Source of the DNA: Candidatus Latescibacterota bacterium
Lineage (GTDB): Bacteria > Latescibacterota > UBA2968 > UBA8231
Assembly (NCBI GenBank): GCA_965203175.1
Contig: OZ241867.1
Location: forward strand, 3,584,001 to 3,648,000
DNA length: 64,000 bases
Direction of reading: 5' to 3'
Positions 10,184-21,673 of this stretch are shown here, piece by piece. A program made the position numbers and the translations under genes. Below the pieces are notes generated by a model. It did not search any database, was not told the DNA's origin, and saw nothing but the letters and a program-made list of their open reading frames with translations. The stretch's first letter is position 1; every line of letters begins with the position of its first letter.

Positions 10184-13100
10184 CTATCCCGCTGCTGCGG
10201 CTTCTAATTCATCGCCCTCGACTCGCACCGAAACGAGTTGAGAAACTCCTTCTTCGGGCATGGTGACGCCGTGCAAGGCGTCGGCTTCCGCCATGGTGAT
10301 CTTGTTGTGCGTCACGACGACGAATTGCGTCTCGCGGGCAAATTCCTTGAGCACGCGCACGAAGCGGCTGATGTTGGCGTCGTCGAGCGGGGCATCGACT
10401 TCATCGAGGATGCAGAACGGGCTGGGCTTGACTTGGTAGATGGCAAAGAGCAGGGCGATGGCCGTCAGCGCCCGCTCGCCGCCCGACAGCAGGGCAATGT
10501 TTTGCAGGCGCTTGCCGCGGGGGCGGGCGATGATGTCGATTTGGGCCTCTAGGGCATCGACGTTTTCTTCGAGGCGGAGATCGGCTTCGCCGCCGGGGAA
10601 GAAGCGGACAAAGGTCTCTTTGAACTTCTCGCGGATCTGCTCGAAAGACTGGAGGAATATCCGCCGCGCCGTGCGGTCGATCAGGCTGAGGGTTTTCTTC
10701 AGATCCTCGGCGGCGATTACTAGATCGTCGCGCTGTTGGCGGAGAAAGTCGTAGCGCTCCTTTTGCTCTTGGTGTTCTTCCAATACGCCTAGGTGGCCTG
10801 AACCCAAGCGGTGTAGGGACTGACGCAACTGGTCGATGCGCTGTTGCGTGGCTTCCTCGTCGATGGCTTCGTCGAGCGGCCCCATAGCCGCAACATCGCA
10901 GTGATACTCCTCCTGCAGGCGTTCGCGAATGTGCTGGGTCTGGAACTTTAGCTCGGAGATGCGCACTTCGAGGTTCGTGCGGCGCTCGCGCTGCTCGTTG
11001 AGCTGCCGCTGCAAGTGGCTGATGTGTTCCTGTAACTCGCGGTTTTGGGTATTGGCCGCGGCCCAGTGCTGACGGCGCTGGTCTTGCTCGGTGACCAAGG
11101 TCTCGCGGCCTTGGTGTAGTCCTTTGAGTTCGTCTGTTAAGGCGGCGCTGCGCTCACTGCACTCGGTCTGTTGGCGCTCGGCCTCGGTCGCCTCAGCCGC
11201 TAGGCGCGTGATGTTATTGTGCAGATTGGCGTCGATGTTTTTTAGGCGCTCGGCGTCTCGCTCTAGCCCTTGAACGAGTTCGGCGGTGCGGGCGTGTTCC
11301 ACTTGGAGGGTGCCTAGTGCTTCGCGCCGCTCGCGTCGACGGGTTTCGCTCTGTTTGAGGTCTTCTTCCAAGGCGCTGCTTTCCTCGCTGAGACGAGTGC
11401 TCTCGGCCTCGTTGTGGCGCAGGTGCTCGGCTTGTTCGGCAATGCTTTGGTCGAGGGCTTGGCGGCGCTTGGCCAAGCTGGTGCTTTCGCCGTGGAGTTG
11501 CTCCAGGCGCGCGGCGAGCCGCTCGGCGTCGGTGTGGGCGCGCTGGTGCTGGTGAACCTGCTCGCGTTCCTTGGTGCGCCAAGTTTCGTTCTCGGCGGCT
11601 AGATCTTCTAGACGTTGTGCGAGCGCAGCGAGCTGGTCTGCGAGTGCAGCGAGCCGAGGACCGATGGCTGCGTAGCGAGCTTTTTGGTGGGCGACGAGCG
11701 AGCGCAGGGTGCGGATTTCTCGCCCGCGGCCGAGGACGCCCGAGTCTTCGGCTTGGCTCTGGCCGCCCGATGCGAGGCCAAAGAGATCGACGGCGTCGCC
11801 ATCGGCCGTGACGCAGCGCACGTAGGCATCCGGGTAGCGGCGCGTCAGGTCCAACGCGGTTTGTAGGTCGTCTACTAGAAAGGTGTTGTGCAAGAGGCTA
11901 GCAACTAGGGAGGCGATGGAGGCTTCGGGTTGCACGTAGTCCAAGAGCGGACCGCGTAATCCGGGCATGGGATCTGGGGTCAAAGCCGGGCCGAGGGTGC
12001 GAGGAGGGGCCTCTAGCGAGAGGATGCCGACGCGCCCGGAACGCTCTCGGAGATGGGCAATGCCTTTGAGCAAGCCGCTGTCCGAATCGGCGATCAATGC
12101 TTGGAGCGACTCGCCGAGGGCGACCTCGACCGCGCGGGCGTGTTCTGCTTCGACTTCGACTAGGTCGCCGAGGACGCCGCGGAAGAGGGCGGCGTGGGGC
12201 GATTCGAGCATCAAGGTGCGGACCCCGCTCTGATAGCCTTGGTAGCCGGCGCGGACTTTTTCGAGGACTTGCAGCCGCGCTTGGTTGGCTTCAGCGGCGC
12301 GCCGGGCCGCATCGCGTTGTTCGCCGAGTTCGCGGAGGTCCTTCTCGGTTTGGTCGCGAGCGGCGAGAACCGTGGCGCGCTGTTGTTGGCAGGTGGATAG
12401 CTGCTGCCGAGTTTCGGCGAGGGCGGCTTCGGCGGCTCCGGCCGCTTGTAGGGCTTGGTCGCGTTCGGCTGTGGCCGCGTCCTCTTCGCCGCGCATGGCA
12501 ACCGCGCGTTCGTCGAGCGCGTCGCGCTCGGCCTGTTGGCGCTCGAGCGCGCGGCTTATTTCGCCCCCTTGGCGCAGATGCTCCATGCGCCCGCGCTGGC
12601 GTTGGTCCAGCTCAGCTCGGTAGCTGTCGTATTCTTCTTCGGCCTGAGTGGCGCGCTGCTGGTGAGCTTGTAATTCTCGCTCTATTTGCACGAAGGCCGC
12701 CCGCGCTTCGTCGAGATGCGTGGTATTGTCGCGTCGCTGCTGTTGTACGGCTTCGAGTTGGCTAGTGTAATCAGCGCGCTCGCGGGCCGTGCGTTCGCGG
12801 ATTTGTTCGGCTGCCTCGCGCCGCTCGCGCACGGCCACGAGGAGCTGTTCGCGCTCGTGGATGGCTTCGATGCGGCGATTGAGTTCAAGACCCGCTTCCT
12901 GCATGGCCTTTTCGGCCTCGGTCAGCGCGAGGCGCGCCTTTTCGAGTTCAGTCTCGCGGCTGGTGAAGCGGGTATTGCCTTCTTCGGCCGCCTTGCTAAG
13001 TGCGGCGAATTCGTCTTGCAACGGGGAGATTTGGACACTTAGGGCGAAGAAGCGCTGGCACCCCAAGCGCACATCGAGTTGGTCCAGTTCCCTTTTGAGT

Positions 13101-13750
13101 GCTCGGTAGCGGTGCGCCCGGCCCACTTGACGACTGAGACTGTCAACTTGGCGTTTGACCTCGGTGATGATGTCTTCGATCCGCTGTAGATCGGCTTGGG
13201 TGGCCTCTAGGCGGTTCCGCGTGGAGCGCCGCCGAACCTTGTACTTGGTGATACCGGCGGCCTCTTCGAGGATGCGGCGGCGGTTCTCGGTCTTATCGCT
13301 GATGATTTCATCGACCATGCCCTGCTCCATTACCGCATAAGCGCCTTGGCCGAGGCCGGTGTCCATGAGCAGGTTGGTGATGTCCAAGAGGCGGCAGGGA
13401 ATTTTGTTGAGGAGATAATCGCTTTCGCCGGAGCGGAAAAGACGCCGGGTCAGCACGACCTCGGCAAATTCGACGGGCAGCGCGTTATCGCGGTTTTCAA
13501 TCGCCAGCGCGACTTCGGCCATGCCGAGGGCCTTGCGCTGGCGGGTGCCGGCAAAGATCACGTCCTCCATGCGCTGGCTGCGGAAAGAACCGGCGCGCTG
13601 TTCGCCCAAGACCCAGCGAATGGCCTCTACCACGTTGGACTTGCCGCAGCCGTTGGGGCCGACGATGGCCGTAATGCCCGGCTCGAAGGGAATGACGATC
13701 TTTTGGGCGAAGGACTTAAAGCCAAAAATCTCGAGTTGATTGAGGCGCAC
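10184..13750 (-). CDS. smc: Chromosome segregation protein SMC
   Basis: GFKSF, Walker A GPNGCGKSN, coiled coils and hinge, LSGGE, Walker B LDEVDAPLD. Confidence 0.97.
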   Translation of the reverse strand: MRLNQLEIFGFKSFAQKIVIPFEPGITAIVGPNGCGKSNVVEAIRWVLGEQRAGSFRSQRMEDVIFAGTRQRKALGMAEVALAIENRDNALPVEFAEVVLTRRLFRSGESDYLLNKIPCRLLDITNLLMDTGLGQGAYAVMEQGMVDEIISDKTENRRRILEEAAGITKYKVRRRSTRNRLEATQADLQRIEDIITEVKRQVDSLSRQVGRAHRYRALKRELDQLDVRLGCQRFFALSVQISPLQDEFAALSKAAEEGNTRFTSRETELEKARLALTEAEKAMQEAGLELNRRIEAIHEREQLLVAVRERREAAEQIRERTARERADYTSQLEAVQQQRRDNTTHLDEARAAFVQIERELQAHQQRATQAEEEYDSYRAELDQRQRGRMEHLRQGGEISRALERQQAERDALDERAVAMRGEEDAATAERDQALQAAGAAEAALAETRQQLSTCQQQRATVLAARDQTEKDLRELGEQRDAARRAAEANQARLQVLEKVRAGYQGYQSGVRTLMLESPHAALFRGVLGDLVEVEAEHARAVEVALGESLQALIADSDSGLLKGIAHLRERSGRVGILSLEAPPRTLGPALTPDPMPGLRGPLLDYVQPEASIASLVASLLHNTFLVDDLQTALDLTRRYPDAYVRCVTADGDAVDLFGLASGGQSQAEDSGVLGRGREIRTLRSLVAHQKARYAAIGPRLAALADQLAALAQRLEDLAAENETWRTKEREQVHQHQRAHTDAERLAARLEQLHGESTSLAKRRQALDQSIAEQAEHLRHNEAESTRLSEESSALEEDLKQSETRRRERREALGTLQVEHARTAELVQGLERDAERLKNIDANLHNNITRLAAEATEAERQQTECSERSAALTDELKGLHQGRETLVTEQDQRRQHWAAANTQNRELQEHISHLQRQLNEQRERRTNLEVRISELKFQTQHIRERLQEEYHCDVAAMGPLDEAIDEEATQQRIDQLRQSLHRLGSGHLGVLEEHQEQKERYDFLRQQRDDLVIAAEDLKKTLSLIDRTARRIFLQSFEQIREKFKETFVRFFPGGEADLRLEENVDALEAQIDIIARPRGKRLQNIALLSGGERALTAIALLFAIYQVKPSPFCILDEVDAPLDDANISRFVRVLKEFARETQFVVVTHNKITMAEADALHGVTMPEEGVSQLVSVRVEGDELEAAAAG

Positions 13751-13901
13751 GGTCTAGCTCCTGCCGGGCGCTGGGGAGGGGGCGCTCCGCTGGGGGAGAA
13801 GGTAAGAGACGGGCGATGCTAGAGGAGTAAGAAACGGCCTGGGGAAAGGCCGTGTTTTAAGTACTCAAAAACGAGAAACGCTGTCAAGGCATGTGCTGCT
13901 G

Positions 13902-14390
13902 TTAGAAATCCAGCGCCGAGTCATCGACTGTGGCTGGATCGTCTTCCTTACCCATGGCGATGATGTGTTCGGCGGTGATTTCCTGGCGGCCGGCGTATCC
14001 GGCGTTCAGTTCGTGCCAATAGGCGACTCGGGGTTCGCCGCGCTGCCAGCACAACAGGACCCAGCGGCCTTGATAGGTTGTGGGGAAGTCTAAGAGACCG
14101 CGTTCGAGGCCGCCGACGGGGAAGCGAATGCCCTCGGCGATGATTTCCTCGGCGACGATGCGCTTGATGTCGATGATTAGATCGTTGATGCGCTGGCGGT
14201 GCTGGTCGAAGGCGTCGCGGTCGGGATTGGTGCTGCGGGCGACTGCTTGGCCCCAGAGCGCATCGAGAATTTGCAACTGTTGGTTGTGATGGCGGACAGC
14301 CCCCTTTTTGACCTCTATGCGTTGGAGGACGTCCTCTAGCTGAGGCAGCTTGGCGTTGGCCTCTTCAATGGTAAATGCCTTGCGCGTCAT
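13902..14390 (-). CDS. DUF2203-family protein
   Basis: FTIEEANAKLP and GLLDFPT...LLCWQRGEPRVAYWH...GYAGRQ signature. Confidence 0.8.
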   Translation of the reverse strand: MTRKAFTIEEANAKLPQLEDVLQRIEVKKGAVRHHNQQLQILDALWGQAVARSTNPDRDAFDQHRQRINDLIIDIKRIVAEEIIAEGIRFPVGGLERGLLDFPTTYQGRWVLLCWQRGEPRVAYWHELNAGYAGRQEITAEHIIAMGKEDDPATVDDSALDF

Positions 14391-14515
14391 GAGATTTGCG
14401 AGCTGAGAGTTTTGGCTCGTGTTGTGGCAAAGTATAGGCATTGGGCTACTGCGCTACAAGCCCTTGCGCTACCCTTGGCGATGCGTGATATTTAACACTG
14501 TTTTACGACGTGAAA

Positions 14516-14546
14516 GGGGTCGGCGTAGCCAGCCCCGTCTTTTTTT
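14516..14546 (+). terminator. Terminator-like hairpin with U-tract in the gatC leader
   Basis: GGGGT-C-GGC-gta-GCC-A-GCCCC followed by GTC and T7, 22 nt before the gatC ATG. Confidence 0.5.
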
Positions 14547-14568
14547 GGTCTAAGTTCGAAATTTACCT

Positions 14569-14856
14569 ATGGCGGTTACTATAGAAGAGGTCCACGGGGT
14601 CGCCGAGTTGGCGCGGTTGCGCTTTTCTCCTGCAGAGGAGGAAAGGCTAGCTGGGGAACTCAACCGCATCTTGCGCTACATGGATAAGCTCAACGAGCTA
14701 GACACCACCGGCGTAGAGCCAACGTCTCACGTGCTGCCGCTGGCCAATGCGTTTCGCCGCGACGAGGCAACGCCCTTTCCCGCGACGGATGAGATCGCTG
14801 CGGCGGCCCCGCAGCGACAAGAGGATTATTTCAAGGTTCCGAGAATCATCGATTGA
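14569..14856 (+). CDS. gatC: Asp-tRNA(Asn)/Glu-tRNA(Gln) amidotransferase subunit C
   Basis: VAELARL, ILRYMDKLNELDTTGVEPTSH, YFKVPRII. Confidence 0.95.
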   Translation: MAVTIEEVHGVAELARLRFSPAEEERLAGELNRILRYMDKLNELDTTGVEPTSHVLPLANAFRRDEATPFPATDEIAAAAPQRQEDYFKVPRIID

Positions 14857-14858
14857 CT

Positions 14859-14894
14859 AAAGAAGCGGGGGCAGGCCACTGTCGCCGCTTCTTT
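14859..14894 (+). terminator. Intrinsic terminator between gatC and pyrG
   Basis: Stem AAAGAAGCGG...CCGCTTCTTT followed by GTTT. Confidence 0.65.
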
Positions 14895-14904
14895 GTTTGG
14901 GTAG

Positions 14905-18544
<3,640 letters not shown>

Positions 18545-18545
18545 G

Positions 18546-19277
18546 GTGGCATTGAAAACGCGCGCATTGAGCAAGCGCTACGGGGGCCGGGCCGTCGTCG
18601 ACGAGGTCAGCATCCGCGTCGAGCCAGGGGAGGTCGTCGGCCTGTTGGGGCCCAATGGCGCGGGCAAGACCACGACCTTTCACAGCATCGTTGGCTTTGC
18701 CGCGCCGGACGGGGGCCGCATTTTGCTCGACGGTGCGGACATCACCGGGCTGCCGATGTATCGCCGCGCGCAAATGGGCATTGGTTACCTGCCGCAGGAG
18801 ACCTCTATTTTTCGCAAGCTGAGCGTGGCTGACAACATCCGCGCAGTCTTGGAGGCACGAGGAGTCAACAAAGCGCACATTGCCGCGCGCCAACGGCAGC
18901 TACTCACTGAACTAGACTTGTTAGAGCGCGCCGACCAGCGTGCCGACACGCTTTCGGGCGGTGAGACGCGCCGGGTCGAGATCGCGCGGGCCTTGGCCTG
19001 CGAGCCTAGCTACATGCTCCTCGACGAGCCTTTTGCCGGCATCGATCCGCGCACGATAGAAGACATCCAGAACATCATTGCCGAACTAAGAAGCCGAGGC
19101 TTGGGCGTGCTGATTACCGATCACAACGTGCGCGAGACTTTGGAAATCGCCGCGCGCGCCTATATCCTAGTGGATGGCAAGATTTTAACGGCGGGCACGG
19201 CCGAGGAGCTAATTGCCAATGAGCAGGTGCGGCGGATCTATCTCGGCGAGCGTTTTAGCTGGCGGGTTGATCAGTAG
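18546..19277 (+). CDS. lptB: LPS export ABC transporter ATPase
   Basis: GLLGPNGAGKTTTF, GIGYLPQE, LSGGE, LLDEPFAGIDP, LITDHNVRETL, YLGERF. Confidence 0.95.
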   Translation: MALKTRALSKRYGGRAVVDEVSIRVEPGEVVGLLGPNGAGKTTTFHSIVGFAAPDGGRILLDGADITGLPMYRRAQMGIGYLPQETSIFRKLSVADNIRAVLEARGVNKAHIAARQRQLLTELDLLERADQRADTLSGGETRRVEIARALACEPSYMLLDEPFAGIDPRTIEDIQNIIAELRSRGLGVLITDHNVRETLEIAARAYILVDGKILTAGTAEELIANEQVRRIYLGERFSWRVDQ

Positions 19278-19319
19278 GTGCGCCTGTGCTTACACCTTGA
19301 CTTTTCCCGCTGCACGGGC

Positions 19320-19387
19320 TTGTTTTTACAGTTGCTATTAGAATGGACAATTATTTTATAAGTAATTAATTTACAATAATTTATTAA
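19320..19387 (+). promoter_or_regulatory. AT-rich rpoN promoter region
   Basis: Very AT-rich tract directly upstream of the rpoN ATG; no clear SD sequence. Confidence 0.45.
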
Positions 19388-20857
19388 ATGCTTCGTCCCG
19401 AACAAAATACTAGTTTGCGCCTCCAGCAAAAGATGGCACCGCAGCTCATCCAATCGCTGCGACTGTTGCAGATGTCCACCTTGGATTTGACGCTAGAGGT
19501 CAAGCAGCAGCTCGAGCTCAATCCCTTGCTCGAAGAGGCCGTCGAACTGCGCGAAGAAGAGGAAGCGGAACTGCGCGAGCGGGAGGAGGAGGGGATCAAG
19601 GAAGAGGAGGAACTGCCTGCGGACATGGAGGAGGTCGATTGGGATGCGCTGTTGGGCGACCAGTTCGACGCGGGTGCGTACAATAGCGAGCGCACGGAAT
19701 ACGATTCCAATTGGGAGACTGATCGCGAGCCGCAGGAAAACCGCATCACTGCCATGCCGCCCCTGTTAGAGCACCTGTACCATCAGCTAGGCGAGATTGG
19801 CGATTTAGGGCCGGAAGAGCGCGCCATTGCCGAGTACATCATCGGCAATATCGACGAGCGCGGTTACGTCGGCTGTTCGCTCGCCGAGATCGCCGAGGAT
19901 CTACAAGTGGAAGTGGCCACGGTCGAAAAGGTGCTGCGCGTCATTCAGACGTTCGACCCACCTGGGGTCGGCGCGCGCGACTTGCGCGAGTGTTTGATGA
20001 TCCAGTTGAGCCAGCGCGCCGACCCGCTTAGCAAGCTGGCCTTGCAGGTGGTGCGCGACCACCTGGAGGACTTGACGCGGCGGCGTCTGCGCGATATAAC
20101 CCGCGCTTTGGACATCTCCAACGAGAAGCTCAAAGAGGTTTTGCAGGTGATCGAGCGCTTACAGCCGCATCCGGGCCTGTTGGCGAGCAGCGACTACGAC
20201 AAGCTCTTGACGCTGGATACAGAGGTCGCGTACATCACGCCGGACCTAGTTGTCGAAAAGATTGGCGAGGAGTGGGTCGCGGCGCTGGCCGATGGGTCCA
20301 TGCCGTCCTTGAGGATCAATTCTGAGTACCAGCACCTGCTCAACAATTCCCGTGGCGGCAAGGACGCGGTCAAGGACTACGTGTCCAAGAATCTCAACGA
20401 CGCCCGCTGGCTCATCAACGCCATCCACCAGCGCCGCACGACCATGCTCAAGGTGGCCAATTACCTGTTGCAGGCGCAGTTGCCCTTTTTCGAGGAGGGG
20501 CCGACGCGGCTGCGGCCCATGGTCTTGCAGGATGTGGCCGACGCGGTGGGGATGCACGTATCGACGATTAGCCGGGTCAGCAACGGCAAGTACGTGCAGA
20601 CGCCGCACGGGGTCTTTGAACTGAAGTACTTCTTCGACAACAAGCTCAGTACGGACGAAGGCGAAGACGTGTCCGTGCGCTCGGTGAAGGAAAAGATTTC
20701 GCAACTCGTCGCTGATGAGGACAAGGTCCGGCCGCTTTCGGATCAACAGATTGTCGAGGAGCTGAGCAAGGGCGGCTTGAAAATTGCGCGGCGGACGGTG
20801 GCCAAATACCGCGATCAGCTAAAAATTCCTTCGCAGCGGTATCGCAGGGAGCTGTAG
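19388..20857 (+). CDS. rpoN: RNA polymerase sigma-54
   Basis: PQLIQSLRLLQM, PPGVGARDLRECL, HVSTISR, RpoN box ARRTVAKYR. Confidence 0.97.
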   Translation: MLRPEQNTSLRLQQKMAPQLIQSLRLLQMSTLDLTLEVKQQLELNPLLEEAVELREEEEAELREREEEGIKEEEELPADMEEVDWDALLGDQFDAGAYNSERTEYDSNWETDREPQENRITAMPPLLEHLYHQLGEIGDLGPEERAIAEYIIGNIDERGYVGCSLAEIAEDLQVEVATVEKVLRVIQTFDPPGVGARDLRECLMIQLSQRADPLSKLALQVVRDHLEDLTRRRLRDITRALDISNEKLKEVLQVIERLQPHPGLLASSDYDKLLTLDTEVAYITPDLVVEKIGEEWVAALADGSMPSLRINSEYQHLLNNSRGGKDAVKDYVSKNLNDARWLINAIHQRRTTMLKVANYLLQAQLPFFEEGPTRLRPMVLQDVADAVGMHVSTISRVSNGKYVQTPHGVFELKYFFDNKLSTDEGEDVSVRSVKEKISQLVADEDKVRPLSDQQIVEELSKGGLKIARRTVAKYRDQLKIPSQRYRREL

Positions 20858-20867
20858 GCGCGTCTTT

Positions 20868-21045
20868 CTACGCACTCCCTTTCTTCCGCCCGACGATCAA
20901 CAAATGCGCGGGCATTTTCTCCAGCCACTGTTCGTCCCCGATTTGCTCTCCGTATTCGACGACTTCGACGATGCAGCAGCCGCCATTGATGGCGGCCTGC
21001 ACGTGGTCGGCAACCGTCCAGTGGTATTCAAATGTCGTTGCCCTC
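20868..21045 (-). pseudogene. Probable C-terminal remnant of a class I SAM-methyltransferase-like gene
   Basis: TFEYHWTVADHVQAAINGGCCIVEVVEYG...PAHLLIVGRK resembles MTase C-termini; no SAM-binding N-terminus and no credible start. Confidence 0.4.
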
Positions 21046-21166
21046 TCGACGGCTGCTGGCTGCCGGTCGCCGTTATCGCGGAGGGATTGGCGACAAAAAT
21101 CCACTGCACAGTAACACCCCGCACCACTGGCGGTGTTTAAGTAATACATCGCCAGATGGTATTACT

Positions 21167-21637
21167 GTGAGAAGGAGACCTCCCTTGGCAAGACTTCTGC
21201 TAGCTCTTTTTTTAGCCACTGGCTGCTACCATGGACCCTACAGAGGCATCTTAGGCGGCGGCATTGACACCATCGCCATCCCCTTTGTGGGCAACCAGAC
21301 GGCCGAATACGCCGCTGCCGATAGCCTGCTACAAGCCACGGTCGTGGCATTCCGCGAGGACGGGCAGTTGCGCTTGGCCGACGAGGGAGGGGCCGACGCC
21401 ATCCTCTTGCTGGACATCCTCTCCGTTGATGATCGCATCCACTGGGATAGGTTACTGGGTCAATACCGGTTTTCTATGGTGGTCTCCGTCGAAATAAAAT
21501 CCTTTGAGGGGGCGGGGCTGCTGAGGCAATACGAGTCGGTAGGGCGGGGAACGTATGAAGCCGACGACGAGCGAGACAAAGCTATAGGCAAGGCCGCGAG
21601 AATGGTGGCCGCAGACATTGTAGGCCGCGCGCAATGA
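21167..21637 (+). CDS. LptE-family lipoprotein
   Basis: Lipobox LFLATGC; IDTIAIPFVGNQTAEY...FREDGQLRL...ADAIL pattern. Confidence 0.65.
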   Translation: MRRRPPLARLLLALFLATGCYHGPYRGILGGGIDTIAIPFVGNQTAEYAAADSLLQATVVAFREDGQLRLADEGGADAILLLDILSVDDRIHWDRLLGQYRFSMVVSVEIKSFEGAGLLRQYESVGRGTYEADDERDKAIGKAARMVAADIVGRAQ

Positions 21638-21673
21638 ATACAAAGCCCAAAAGGCCCGATTGGCTTGGTGTCG

